A DNA stretch of 64,000 nucleotides, taken from the NCBI GenBank assembly GCA_001872625.1, contig MNXP01000049.1, positions 36,142 through 100,141 of the forward strand, read 5' to 3'. The stretch is from Bacteroidetes bacterium CG2_30_33_31. Lineage in GTDB: Bacteria > Bacteroidota > Bacteroidia > Bacteroidales > UBA1556. The notes beneath the pieces were generated by a model that saw nothing but the letters and a program-made list of their open reading frames with translations, did not search any database and was not told the origin of the DNA. Positions 44,467 to 53,780 of the stretch are shown in pieces; the stretch's first letter is position 1; every line of letters starts with the position of its first letter. Made by a program: the position numbers and the translations under genes.

Positions 44467-46040
44467 AATTCTGAAGTGAAATAAAACTCAATTTTTGGAA
44501 ATTTTTCTTGAGCAATTTGCAGTGCATAAGGTGAATCAGCAAGAAAAAGATCTCTTTTATCCTTATCAAAAGCCATGTTTTGAATTTTTCTAATTTTGAA
44601 ATCTTCCAAAGCTTTCTTGTCGCTGCTTTTAATCCAGCAAGTTTTATAAAGTTGAATTGGCTCAAAAATGCAACTTGCTCCATATTCATGCAAAAGTCGA
44701 AATTGAATAACTTCAAATTGCAATGCTCCTACAGTTCCAATGATTTTTCTGCTCGATAATTGCCCAGTAAAAAGTTGTGCAACTCCTTCATCAGTAAGTT
44801 GTTCTAAGCCTTTTGCCAGCTGTTTTGATTTCATCGGGTCAGTGTTTACAACATATTTAAACAATTCAGGCGAGAAAGTTGGTATGCCTTTAAAATTCAT
44901 AATTTCACCTTCGGTGAGAGTGTCTCCAATTTTAAAATTTCCAGTATCATGCAGTCCGACTATATCCCCTGGAAATGCAATATCAATAATAGATTTTTTG
45001 GATGCCATAAATGCTGTAGGCGACGAAAATTTCATCATTCTATTTTGCCTTACATGCAAGTAATTAAAATTTCTAAGAAACTTCCCTGACACAACTTTTA
45101 CAAATGCAATTCTATCTCTATGCTTAGGATCCATATTAGCATGAATCTTAAAAACTATTCCAGAAAATGTATCTTCAAATGGATCTACTAATCGCGTATC
45201 TGATTGTTTTGGAAGTGGTTGAGGTGCAATTTCAATGAAACAATCTAACAGTTCTTTAACTCCAAAATTATTTAATGCTGAGCCAAAAAATACTGGAGCT
45301 ACTATAGCATTTCTATATTCTTCAAGGGAAAAGCTTGGGTAAACTTCACTTATAATATTTAAATCATCACGTAATTGGTTTGCCGAATTTCCAATATACT
45401 CTTCAATACCACTATCATTAACATCATGAAATTCTATTGAATTATCTTCAGTCAATTTTTCATTTGCACCAAAAAGCATAAGTTTTTTCTCATAGATATT
45501 GTAAACTCCTTTAAAACTTTGACCACTACCAATTGGCCAGCTCAATGGATTTACTTTTATTTGAAGTTGAGATTCAATTTCATCAAGTAAATCAAATGAA
45601 TCTCGAGAAGGACGATCCATTTTATTGATAAAAACTATTACTGGAGTTTTCCTCATCCTGCAAACTTCCATCAGCTTTTTTGTCTGCTCTTCTACACCTT
45701 TAGCCCCATCAATAACAATAATTACGCTGTCGACCACAGTAAGAGTTCTATAAGTGTCCTCTGCAAAATCTTTATGCCCAGGAGTATCTAAAATATTGAT
45801 TTTATGATTACTATAATCAAATGCCATAACTGAAGTTGCCACAGAGATTCCTCTTTGCCTCTCAATATCCATCCAATCGGAAGTCGCTGATTTTTTAATT
45901 TTATTAGATTTTACCGCACCAGCTTCTTGAATTGCACCTCCAAAAAGCAATAATTTTTCGGTTAGAGTTGTTTTTCCAGCATCTGGATGCGATACTATTC
46001 CAAAAGTCCTTCTTTTCTTAATTTCTTCTTTTAATCCCAT
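44463..46040 (-). CDS. prfC: peptide chain release factor 3
   Basis: 525 aa. GTPase motifs: RRTFGIVSHPDAGKTTLTEKLLLFGGAI, DTPGHKDF, NKMDR. The RF3 C-terminal domain is present. Confidence 0.95.
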   Translation of the reverse strand: MGLKEEIKKRRTFGIVSHPDAGKTTLTEKLLLFGGAIQEAGAVKSNKIKKSATSDWMDIERQRGISVATSVMAFDYSNHKINILDTPGHKDFAEDTYRTLTVVDSVIIVIDGAKGVEEQTKKLMEVCRMRKTPVIVFINKMDRPSRDSFDLLDEIESQLQIKVNPLSWPIGSGQSFKGVYNIYEKKLMLFGANEKLTEDNSIEFHDVNDSGIEEYIGNSANQLRDDLNIISEVYPSFSLEEYRNAIVAPVFFGSALNNFGVKELLDCFIEIAPQPLPKQSDTRLVDPFEDTFSGIVFKIHANMDPKHRDRIAFVKVVSGKFLRNFNYLHVRQNRMMKFSSPTAFMASKKSIIDIAFPGDIVGLHDTGNFKIGDTLTEGEIMNFKGIPTFSPELFKYVVNTDPMKSKQLAKGLEQLTDEGVAQLFTGQLSSRKIIGTVGALQFEVIQFRLLHEYGASCIFEPIQLYKTCWIKSSDKKALEDFKIRKIQNMAFDKDKRDLFLADSPYALQIAQEKFPKIEFYFTSEF

Positions 46041-46142
46041 AGCAATAAATTGGTGGCGAAAATATACAAAAAGTTAATGTAAAATTTTGCTTTATGCCAT
46101 TTTATTAAATCGACGAAGTATTATAAAAAATACAATGTCTTG

Positions 46143-46754
46143 TTAATTAAATTGGGGGTTTATTGGAAAATTTAACCAATGAGAATAGTCTCTTCCAAGA
46201 TTTTTAACACTTTCTTTCCAAATATATTCAGTGTTATTTGAGAATACATCTTCAGGTGAAATATTTGCAACCAGCCATGAATTTTCAGTTATTTCTCTTT
46301 CTAACTGAGTTTTGCTCCAACCCGAATACCCAAGAAAAAATCTAATTTCATCATCTTTAATAATCCCATTATTGATGAAATATTTAATATCCTCATAATT
46401 TCCCCCCCAAAAAACTCCATGAATAATTTCTTGGCTTTCTCTAATAATATCACCTCTTTTATGGAGGTAGAATAAATTTGACCTTTGAACAGGCCCACCA
46501 ATAAAAACTTCTGCATGACAATTATTAAAATCTGTTGAAATATCACAAATTTTATAATCAGTTTTCTTGTTTATAATCAAGCCATAAGACCCACTATTCT
46601 CGAATTCAGCAACCAATAAGGTTGCCCTTTTAAAATAAAAATCAGGTAAAAATGGAACAGAAATTAGCATTCTACCTTTTTGGATTTTTACACCACTGGG
46701 TTTAAATTTTAAGATTTTGTCAATATCATTCATTTTTAAAATTCTTTTACTCAT
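46143..46754 (-). CDS. YqgE/AlgH family protein (UPF0301)
   Basis: 203 aa. Motifs: GRMLISVPFL.D..F.R...LV.E....GS.GLIINK and GGPV...LFYLH, with a C-terminal GYSGW...QLE.E....W. Confidence 0.8.
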   Translation of the reverse strand: MSKRILKMNDIDKILKFKPSGVKIQKGRMLISVPFLPDFYFKRATLLVAEFENSGSYGLIINKKTDYKICDISTDFNNCHAEVFIGGPVQRSNLFYLHKRGDIIRESQEIIHGVFWGGNYEDIKYFINNGIIKDDEIRFFLGYSGWSKTQLEREITENSWLVANISPEDVFSNNTEYIWKESVKNLGRDYSHWLNFPINPQFN

Positions 46755-46765
46755 TGTTAGTTTTT

Positions 46766-46773
46766 CAAATTTA
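46766..46773 (-). promoter_or_regulatory. -7 promoter box (TAAATTTG on the minus strand) for yqgE-like gene
   Basis: Exact TAnnTTTG match, 11 nt upstream of ATG 46754. Confidence 0.45.
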
Positions 46774-46791
46774 CAATTTACAATTAAATAT

Positions 46792-46799
46792 TACATTTG
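46792..46799 (+). promoter_or_regulatory. -7 promoter box TACATTTG for the murL-murD2-like operon
   Basis: Exact TAnnTTTG match, 57 nt upstream of the GTG at 46857. Confidence 0.4.
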
Positions 46800-46856
46800 C
46801 CAAACAATTAATGACCTATTTGTTTAATTATCTATAATCTCAGCAACACAATTTAA

Positions 46857-48230
46857 GTGATAAACAATACATCCAAATTTAATAGCCTTCGACATGAGTT
46901 TCAAAAATTTATTTACGAAGGTTTTAGCTATACGCTGATTAACAATAGTTTATCAATAATATTTGATTTTTATGTTGATAATAAAATTGAATTTCATCCA
47001 CAAATTGAATTCCAAATTGAGTCATATTACCATTTTGAGAAAATTGAAAAGTCTAATTTAGAGAACCTTATTTTCAATATTGGCATGATTGAATTGATAA
47101 GTTATTGGAAATCGATGGCTCCTTCAAAAGTCATTATTAAAAATTATAAATTAACAGATAAGCAGATATCTTTTTGGAAAAAGATTTATTTTCATGGCCT
47201 TGGCGAATATTTTTATTTAAATGGAATTTTACCAAACTATGATGATTTTTTAAATATTTATTCAGTAGGACACAAAAACTTACGCTCTTTTGATGTTGAG
47301 ACTGATGATTCGGCAATAATTCCCGTAGGTGGTGGAAAAGATAGTATCGTTACTATGGAACTGCTCAAGAAATTTTCAAAAAATAATTTAGCATTGATAT
47401 TAAATCCAAGAGGAGCTTCTATTTTTACTGCTGAAGTTGGGGGTTTTACAAATCGTATATTGAAGATAAACAGAACTTTAGACCCTAAACTTTTGAAATT
47501 AAATGCCGAGGGATATTTAAATGGTCATACACCTTTTTCTGCACTTTTAGCATTTGTAGCTATTTTGGCTGCAGCCGCCACGGGTAAAAAATACGTAGCA
47601 TTAAGTAATGAAGGAAGTGCCAATGAGCCAACAATTATTGGAACAAAAATCAATCATCAGTATTCAAAATCAATTGAATTTGAAAAAGATTTTAGGGAAT
47701 ATATTCACGAAAATATAACTTCAGATATCAAATATTTTAGCCTTTTAAGACCATTGAGTGAATTTCAAATCGCCTCAATTTTTGCAAAGAATCCTAAATA
47801 TTTTAAGAGTTTTAAAAGTTGCAATGTGGGTAGCAAAACTGACAGTTGGTGTGGAAAATGTCCAAAATGTCTTTTTACTTTTATCATCTTAAGTCCTTTT
47901 TTAAAACCTAAAGTATTGGAAGATATATTTGGCTGCAATATGTTACAAGACAAATCTTTAGAAAATTATTTTGAGGAACTTACTGGCATATCAGAAGTAA
48001 AACCATTTGAATGTATTGGTACTGTTGATGAAGTAAATGCTGCACTTTGTTTAGCAAAAAATAGTTATAAAATTTTGCCTTATCTATTGCAAAAACATCA
48101 AAATTATTTTGGAAATGATTATTGCCAGAAAATTAACAAAAACTCGCTTCTTGCGAAAATATCAAACGAACACTTCCTTGAAGAAAAATACTTGCAAATA
48201 TTGAAAAGTGAATTAAATGAGAAAAATTAA
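46857..48230 (+). CDS. murL: PP-loop ATPase-like protein, candidate UDP-MurNAc-L-Ala-L-Glu epimerase (MurL-like)
   Basis: 457 aa with a GTG start. PP-loop-like motif IIPVGGGKDS. C-terminal Cys cluster CNVGSKTDSWCGKCPKC. It overlaps a MurD-type ligase gene by 14 nt, away from any dcw cluster genes. Confidence 0.55.
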   Translation: MINNTSKFNSLRHEFQKFIYEGFSYTLINNSLSIIFDFYVDNKIEFHPQIEFQIESYYHFEKIEKSNLENLIFNIGMIELISYWKSMAPSKVIIKNYKLTDKQISFWKKIYFHGLGEYFYLNGILPNYDDFLNIYSVGHKNLRSFDVETDDSAIIPVGGGKDSIVTMELLKKFSKNNLALILNPRGASIFTAEVGGFTNRILKINRTLDPKLLKLNAEGYLNGHTPFSALLAFVAILAAAATGKKYVALSNEGSANEPTIIGTKINHQYSKSIEFEKDFREYIHENITSDIKYFSLLRPLSEFQIASIFAKNPKYFKSFKSCNVGSKTDSWCGKCPKCLFTFIILSPFLKPKVLEDIFGCNMLQDKSLENYFEELTGISEVKPFECIGTVDEVNAALCLAKNSYKILPYLLQKHQNYFGNDYCQKINKNSLLAKISNEHFLEEKYLQILKSELNEKN

Positions 48231-49593
48231 AACTTCGATTTACAACATTTTTTTTGGTAAACGAATATTGATTCTTGGCTATGGCAGAGAAGGCAAATCT
48301 ACACTCAACTTTCTTAGAAAATTTCTGACCGATGCAAATATTACAATTGCGGATAAAAATACCAGCGCATTGGATGAACTTAAGAACAAAAATATTTCTC
48401 TTGTCTCTGGAGACAATTATCTAAATGCAATTTCAAATGCGGATATCGTAATGAAATCACCTGGTGTTAGCCTCAAGAATTTCAATATTACTTCCGATGT
48501 ATATATTTCATCTCAAACGGATTTATTCATTAAACTATTTAAAAATCAAATAATTGGAGTTACTGGCACTAAAGGGAAAAGTACAACCTCGTCACTGATT
48601 TACCATATTCTAAAAGAAAATATGATAAAAGCTATTTTGGTTGGAAATATTGGCATACCTGCTTTAGATAAAGTTGACGAAATTGATGATAGCACTTTAA
48701 TAGTATATGAACTTTCGTCACATCAATTAGAATTTTGCCAACATTCTCCTCATATTTCAGTGCTTTTAAATCTCTTTCAAGAGCATCTCGACCATTATAA
48801 TTCCTACCACGAATACCGTTTAGCTAAATGGAATATAGCTAAATATCAGACTATTAATGATTTTATTATCCTTAATAATGATGATATCATGACTCGTCTT
48901 GATAAAAAAATCGTAAAAAATATATCTAAGAACATCTTAATATCTGCTGATGGAGATAAGAAGTCTGATATATATTTTGATGATATTTTTGATGATATAT
49001 TTGTTGAAAAGCTTTCCATAGGGTTTGATAAATCTCAATTCAAAATTATTGGGAAACATAATATCTATAATTTAATGGTTTGTTTAGCCGTTAGCAAGTC
49101 TTTACATATTAATATTGTTAAAGTTTTGCAATCTTGTTATACTTTTAAAGGCTTAGCACATCGGCTCGAATATGTTGGAAATGTGAAAGATATCGACTTT
49201 GTGAATGATAGTATTGCAACCATTCCGGAAGCTGCTATAAGCGCCATTAAATCAATAATTAACATTCAAACAATTATTTTAGGGGGTTTAGATAGAAAAA
49301 TTTCGTACGATATTTTGATAGACTTTCTAACAGAATTTAGGCCATTAAAAGTCATATTATTAGGTGAAGTGGGTTTAAGATTGAATTTAGCATTGGAACT
49401 AAAAAAATATAAAGGCGAAAAATATTTTGTCAATAGTTTAAATGAAGCTGTTGATATGGCATTTAAAATAACGCGAAAAAAAATGGCTTGCGTATTGTCG
49501 CCAGCGGCAGCAAGCTATGATAAATTTAAAAATTTTGAAGAAAGGGGAGACCTATTCAAAAAATTAGTGAATGAAAATAAATTAAACAGTTGA
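48217..49593 (+). CDS. murD2: MurD-type Mur ligase, candidate UDP-MurNAc-L-Ala--L-glutamate ligase (MurD2-like)
   Basis: 458 aa. N-terminal ILGYGREGKS fold, P-loop GVTGTKGKSTT, and central and C-terminal Mur ligase domains (..NDSIAT.PEA..). The assignment as MurD2 rather than MurD rests on context only. Confidence 0.6.
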   Translation: MRKIKTSIYNIFFGKRILILGYGREGKSTLNFLRKFLTDANITIADKNTSALDELKNKNISLVSGDNYLNAISNADIVMKSPGVSLKNFNITSDVYISSQTDLFIKLFKNQIIGVTGTKGKSTTSSLIYHILKENMIKAILVGNIGIPALDKVDEIDDSTLIVYELSSHQLEFCQHSPHISVLLNLFQEHLDHYNSYHEYRLAKWNIAKYQTINDFIILNNDDIMTRLDKKIVKNISKNILISADGDKKSDIYFDDIFDDIFVEKLSIGFDKSQFKIIGKHNIYNLMVCLAVSKSLHINIVKVLQSCYTFKGLAHRLEYVGNVKDIDFVNDSIATIPEAAISAIKSIINIQTIILGGLDRKISYDILIDFLTEFRPLKVILLGEVGLRLNLALELKKYKGEKYFVNSLNEAVDMAFKITRKKMACVLSPAAASYDKFKNFEERGDLFKKLVNENKLNS

Positions 49594-49634
49594 TTCGAAC
49601 TTCCTGATTTTATTAAAAATAACATTGAAAAAAA

Positions 49635-49658
49635 GCCACTAAATTCTAATTTAGTGGC
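49635..49658. terminator. hairpin between convergent genes (bidirectional terminator candidate)
   Basis: gccactaaa-ttctaa-tttagtggc. An A-run precedes it, which gives a T-run on the minus strand. Confidence 0.6.
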
Positions 49659-49685
49659 AAATAAATTGAAAATTATTAAATTTAT

Positions 49686-49910
49686 CTATGATTTTTTAGC
49701 GGGAGTTGTTTTCTTTGTAGCTAATTTTTTCACTGTTGGTTTTTTTGCCACAGCTTTTTTTATTGGCTTTTCAACTTCAGTTTCAACAGACTTAACTTCC
49801 ATAGGTTTAGCTACTTGTACATAGGATTCTGATATCTTTTTTGGTCTTCTATTACCAAAAGATTTGTTGATTATTTTGCCTCTTTTTGTTTTAATATCTC
49901 CTTTTCCCAT
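49686..49910 (-). CDS. 30S ribosomal protein THX with a Lys/Ala/Pro/Thr-rich C-terminal extension
   Basis: The N-terminal MGKGDIKTKRGKIINKSFGNRRPKK matches the THX signature (MGKGD..T.RGK...G.....RP.K). About 45 extra residues follow, ending KKAVAKKPTVKKLATKKTTPAKKS. Confidence 0.7.
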   Translation of the reverse strand: MGKGDIKTKRGKIINKSFGNRRPKKISESYVQVAKPMEVKSVETEVEKPIKKAVAKKPTVKKLATKKTTPAKKS

Positions 49911-50226
49911 ATCATATAATTTTAAGTTGTTTGCTTTGCGGTAAAATTAATAATTTATTTGGATTAACATCATTTTCTAAAAAAAATATTTTAACACTAA
50001 AACATAATATCTTAGCTGCAAATTTTGCGAAATCGAACTTAAATTAAATAGTATAATAGTATTAATTTAGCAGTTCAGCTTCTTAAATCATTACTATTTT
50101 TGAGCCTATTGGAAATATAATAGAATCCATCAAATCAGATACAATTTCACTACTATTTTTTTTAGAAAATTAGAATAAATATTAATTAGAAATCTGAATA
50201 TTTAATAAAGTCATTTCCTTTTTTTC

Positions 50227-50234
50227 TACTTTTG
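50227..50234 (+). promoter_or_regulatory. -7 promoter box TACTTTTG
   Basis: Exact TAnnTTTG match, 22 nt upstream of ATG 50257. Confidence 0.5.
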
Positions 50235-50256
50235 TAGCAGATTTAAATGAATAAAC

Positions 50257-51654
50257 ATGAATTTTGATATAATAATAATTGGCAGCGGACCTGGTGGCTA
50301 CGTTGCTGCAATACGAGCTGCCCAACTTGGATTAAAAACCGCTGTAATTGAGCGCTCAGAACTTGGTGGAATATGCTTAAATTGGGGCTGCATTCCTACA
50401 AAAGCGCTTCTTAAATCTGCTCAAGTATATAATTATGCTTCCCATGCTGCATCTTATGGTTTGACGATTGACGGGAATATTAAAGCTAATTTACCAGAAA
50501 TAGTTGAAAGAAGTCGCGGTGTAGCTGCTCAAATGAGTAAAGGTGTTGAGTTCCTCTTTCAAAAAAATGGAATTACTCATATAAAAGGAACTGGAAAATT
50601 AACTGCTGATAAAAAAGTAGATGTGATAGATAATGATGGAGTAAAATCTACCTATACTTCTAATAATATTATTTTAGCAACAGGGACAAGATCTAAAGAA
50701 TTACCTAATTTAAAACAAGATGGGAAAAAAATAATTGGCTATCGTGAAGCAATGACTCTCAAAGAAAAGCCAGAATCTATGGTAATCGTTGGTTCTGGGG
50801 CAATTGGCTCCGAGTTTGCATATTTTTTTCAAAGTATTGGAACTCAAGTAACTTTAGTTGAATTTCTGCCAAATATTATTCCATTAGAAGATGAAGAGTC
50901 ATCTAAAAATCTTGAAAGAGTCTTTAAAAAAATGAAAATGAAAGTGATGACAGAATCTGCTGTTACTGATGTGGATACCTCCGAAAAAATATCTCATATA
51001 AAAATTTCTACTAAGAAAGGAGAAGTAATTATTGATGCTGAAATTGTTCTATCTGCTGTTGGAGTTACAACCAATATTGAAAATCTCGGTTTAGAGAATT
51101 TAAATATCAAAACTGAAAAAGGAAAAATTGTTGTAGACGATTTTTATACAACTAACGTAGATGGCATTTATGCAATAGGCGATATAGTACATGGTCCTGC
51201 TCTCGCTCATGTGGCATCTAAAGAAGGTATAATTTGTGTTGAAAAAATTGCTGGTAAAAACCCTGAAATTATTGACTATAATAACATTCCTTCGTGTACC
51301 TACACAAACCCCGAAGTTGCCAGTGTTGGAATGTCGGAAAAAGTGGCTTTAGAAAAAGCCTTTGAAATTAGGATTGGTAAGTTTCCTTTTAAAGCCTCGG
51401 GAAAAGCCACTTCTGCAGGTAATACTGATGGTTTTGTAAAAATAATTATTGATGCCAAAACTGACTACATTTTAGGTTGTTCAATGGTGGGTGATAATGT
51501 TACTGAGATGATTTCTGAGATAGTACTTGCGAGAAAGTTAGGTGCTAAAGGAAAGGATTTATTAGACACTGTTCATCCGCATCCTACTATGTCTGAAGCT
51601 GTTATGGAGGCAATTGCTGCTTCTTATGGCGAAGCAATTCATATATTAAATTAA
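50257..51654 (+). CDS. lpdA: dihydrolipoyl dehydrogenase
   Basis: 465 aa. Motifs: IIIGSGPGGYVAAIRAAQLG, redox-active GGICLNWGCIPTK, second GSGAIGSEFA fold, and C-terminal HPHPTMSE. Confidence 0.95.
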   Translation: MNFDIIIIGSGPGGYVAAIRAAQLGLKTAVIERSELGGICLNWGCIPTKALLKSAQVYNYASHAASYGLTIDGNIKANLPEIVERSRGVAAQMSKGVEFLFQKNGITHIKGTGKLTADKKVDVIDNDGVKSTYTSNNIILATGTRSKELPNLKQDGKKIIGYREAMTLKEKPESMVIVGSGAIGSEFAYFFQSIGTQVTLVEFLPNIIPLEDEESSKNLERVFKKMKMKVMTESAVTDVDTSEKISHIKISTKKGEVIIDAEIVLSAVGVTTNIENLGLENLNIKTEKGKIVVDDFYTTNVDGIYAIGDIVHGPALAHVASKEGIICVEKIAGKNPEIIDYNNIPSCTYTNPEVASVGMSEKVALEKAFEIRIGKFPFKASGKATSAGNTDGFVKIIIDAKTDYILGCSMVGDNVTEMISEIVLARKLGAKGKDLLDTVHPHPTMSEAVMEAIAASYGEAIHILN

Positions 51655-51665
51655 GATTATATAAG

Positions 51666-52841
51666 TTGAAAATTCTTATTATAACTAATAGATTTGTAAT
51701 TGGCGGTCCCACAAACCATATAGCCGACTTGGCTTATGGATTACAAGATGAGTTTGAAATTAAAATAATTGGCGGCGTGGCAACAAAATTTGAAGTTATA
51801 AATCTCGATATTTTTTCGAAATTAAAAAATGAGCCAACAGTTATTGATGGTTTTAGCCGAAAAATTAGCCTTTTCAACGATTTAAGATCCTATATTGAAA
51901 TCAAAAAAATAATTAAAGAGTTTAAGCCTGATATTGTTCATACACATACAAGTAAGCCTGGTTTTATGGGTAGAATTGCTGCCAGAAGATTACACGTAAA
52001 AACAATCATACATACTTTTCATGGAAATATATTTGACGGTTATTTTAATACTTTCATTTCAAATATAATTATTAAAATAGAAAAATATTTAGCTAAAAGA
52101 TCAACATCAATAATTACTTTGAGTGAAAAACAAAAAACTAATATTATTGAAAGACTCAATATTAAAAACTCACAAAAAGTAAACATTATAAAAATTGGCA
52201 TTGATACTGAAAAGTTCAGTGAAACCATTAAATCGAGAGTAAAATTTAGAGAGAAATATTCATTGAAAGATAATGATATTGCCTTAGGAATTGTTGGTCG
52301 CATTTCTGAAATAAAAAATATTAAGCTTTTTATTAGAGGAGTTAAGCATTTGAAAGATAAGGGATTTGATAATGTTAAAGGATTTATTGTAGGTGACGGA
52401 ATAGAAAAGCAAGATCTAAAAATTTATTGCGAAACTATAGGAGTTGATTACTTAGAATATGGCATCGGAAATAATTTGGCTTCAATTATTTTTACTTCTT
52501 GGTGCTACGATGTTTCCAAAGTTTATCCAGGATTGGACATCCTTGCATTAACTTCACTTAATGAGGGAACCCCCTATAGTATTATTGAAGCCCAATTAGC
52601 TGGTGTTGCAATTATTGCATCAAATGTGGGAGGAGTTTCCAATATTGTCGAAGAGGGGAAAACCGCTCTATTATTTTCCGAAGATGCTGAATTCTATTCA
52701 AAGTTAGAATTACTTGTAATGGACAAAAACTTGAGAGATAATTTAGGAAGCCAAGCTAAAATTTATGCTAAAAATGAGTTTGACTTGAAATTAATGATAG
52801 AAAAAACGAAAAAACTTTATTTAGATTTGATTAATAGGTAG
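51666..52841 (+). CDS. glycosyltransferase family 4 (GT-B, Glycos_transf_1)
   Basis: 391 aa with a TTG start. N-terminal KILIITNRF.IGGP..H. C-terminal ..LTSLNEGTPYSIIEAQLAGVAIIASNVGG (E-x7-E region). Confidence 0.8.
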   Translation: MKILIITNRFVIGGPTNHIADLAYGLQDEFEIKIIGGVATKFEVINLDIFSKLKNEPTVIDGFSRKISLFNDLRSYIEIKKIIKEFKPDIVHTHTSKPGFMGRIAARRLHVKTIIHTFHGNIFDGYFNTFISNIIIKIEKYLAKRSTSIITLSEKQKTNIIERLNIKNSQKVNIIKIGIDTEKFSETIKSRVKFREKYSLKDNDIALGIVGRISEIKNIKLFIRGVKHLKDKGFDNVKGFIVGDGIEKQDLKIYCETIGVDYLEYGIGNNLASIIFTSWCYDVSKVYPGLDILALTSLNEGTPYSIIEAQLAGVAIIASNVGGVSNIVEEGKTALLFSEDAEFYSKLELLVMDKNLRDNLGSQAKIYAKNEFDLKLMIEKTKKLYLDLINR

Positions 52842-52849
52842 TCAGTCAC

Positions 52850-52857
52850 TATATTTG
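52850..52857 (+). promoter_or_regulatory. -7 promoter box TATATTTG
   Basis: Exact TAnnTTTG match, 17 nt upstream of ATG 52875. Confidence 0.5.
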
Positions 52858-52874
52858 CCATGTAAAATTTAATT

Positions 52875-53417
52875 ATGGAAATTATAAAAACAAAAATTCA
52901 GGATTTGATAATTATTAAACCTGATGTATTTAAAGACGAAAGAGGATATTTTTTTGAATCCTATAATTTTGACAGATTTCGTGAATTTCTTGGAGGTGCA
53001 GTATTTGTGCAAGACAATGAATCTAAATCTCAAAAAAATGTGCTTCGTGGGCTGCATTTTCAAAGGCCTCCTTATACGCAAGGCAAATTGGTTAGAGTAA
53101 TTAAAGGTGCAGTTTTAGATGTAGCTGTGGATTTGAGAAAAAATTCTCCAACTTACGGCAAGTATGAAATAGTAGAACTTAACGAAGAGAACAAACTTAT
53201 ATACTGGGTTCCACCAGGTTTTGCCCATGGATTTGTTACATTAACCGATGAAACAATTTTTTTCTATAAATGCTCTAATATTTATAATAAAGCTTCAGAA
53301 GGCTCACTTTTTTGGAACGATCCAGATATTAATATTCAATGGAATGTGAAAAACCCAATACTCTCCGAAAAAGATAAGTTTGGCCCATTACTAAAAGATT
53401 TTATTACTCCATTTTAG
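52875..53417 (+). CDS. rfbC: dTDP-4-dehydrorhamnose 3,5-epimerase
   Basis: 180 aa. Motifs: F.DERGYF.E, QDN.S.S.KNVLRGLH.Q.PP..QGKLVRV..G...DVAVD.R..S.TYG, and GFAHGF. Confidence 0.95.
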   Translation: MEIIKTKIQDLIIIKPDVFKDERGYFFESYNFDRFREFLGGAVFVQDNESKSQKNVLRGLHFQRPPYTQGKLVRVIKGAVLDVAVDLRKNSPTYGKYEIVELNEENKLIYWVPPGFAHGFVTLTDETIFFYKCSNIYNKASEGSLFWNDPDINIQWNVKNPILSEKDKFGPLLKDFITPF

Positions 53418-53460
53418 CATTTTAAAATAATTATTTAGTTTGTTAGGTAAAACAAAAAAA

Positions 53461-53487
53461 ACATCTGATTATTTATTAATCAGATGT
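53461..53487 (-). terminator. rho-independent terminator downstream of tRNA-Arg (also faces rfbC)
   Basis: acatctgatta-tttat-taatcagatgt forms an 11-bp stem. An A8 run on the plus side gives a U-run after the hairpin on the minus-strand transcript. Confidence 0.7.
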
Positions 53488-53492
53488 TTAGG

Positions 53493-53566
53493 TGATCCAG
53501 GCGGGATTCGAACCCACGACCCGCAGCTTAGAAGGCTGCTGCTCTATCCAACTGAGCTACTGGACC
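53493..53566 (-). tRNA. tRNA-Arg (anticodon TCT)
   Basis: The reverse complement folds as a cloverleaf: GGTCCAG TA GCTC AGTTGGATA GAGC A GCAGC CTTCTAA GCTGC GGGTC GTGGG TTCGAAT CCCGC CTGGATC A. 74 nt, no complete encoded CCA (the 3' flank reads CCT). Confidence 0.95.
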
Positions 53567-53632
53567 ATTTCCCTTATTTTTAAAGTAGTATAAAAATACG
53601 ACAAAAAGCATAAGAGTAGAAATAAACCAAAA

Positions 53633-53653
53633 AAAAGGAGACTTGCTCCTTTT
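53633..53653 (-). terminator. short hairpin terminator downstream of tRNA-Pro
   Basis: aaaaggag-acttg-ctcctttt, flanked by an A-run (a U-run on the minus transcript). Confidence 0.5.
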
Positions 53654-53663
53654 GTTTATGTTG

Positions 53664-53738
53664 TCGGGGTAGTAGGATTCGAACCTACGGCCCCCTGCTC
53701 CCAAAGCAGGTGCGCTAACCGGACTGCGCTATACCCCG
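53664..53738 (-). tRNA. tRNA-Pro (anticodon TGG)
   Basis: Reverse complement: CGGGGTA TA GCGC AGTCCGGTTA GCGC A CCTGC TTTGGGA GCAGG GGGCC GTAGG TTCGAAT CCTAC TACCCCG A. 75 nt, no encoded CCA. Confidence 0.95.
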
Positions 53739-53780
53739 AGAAATCTTAAAAAAAATGAACTTTTCGCCTCAATGCGGCTG

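Noticed and set aside
44420-45063. 98-aa and 107-aa ORFs overlapping prfC.
   Set aside because: Both lie within, or in another frame or strand of, the strongly supported RF3 gene. Neither has recognisable motifs. They are shadow ORFs.
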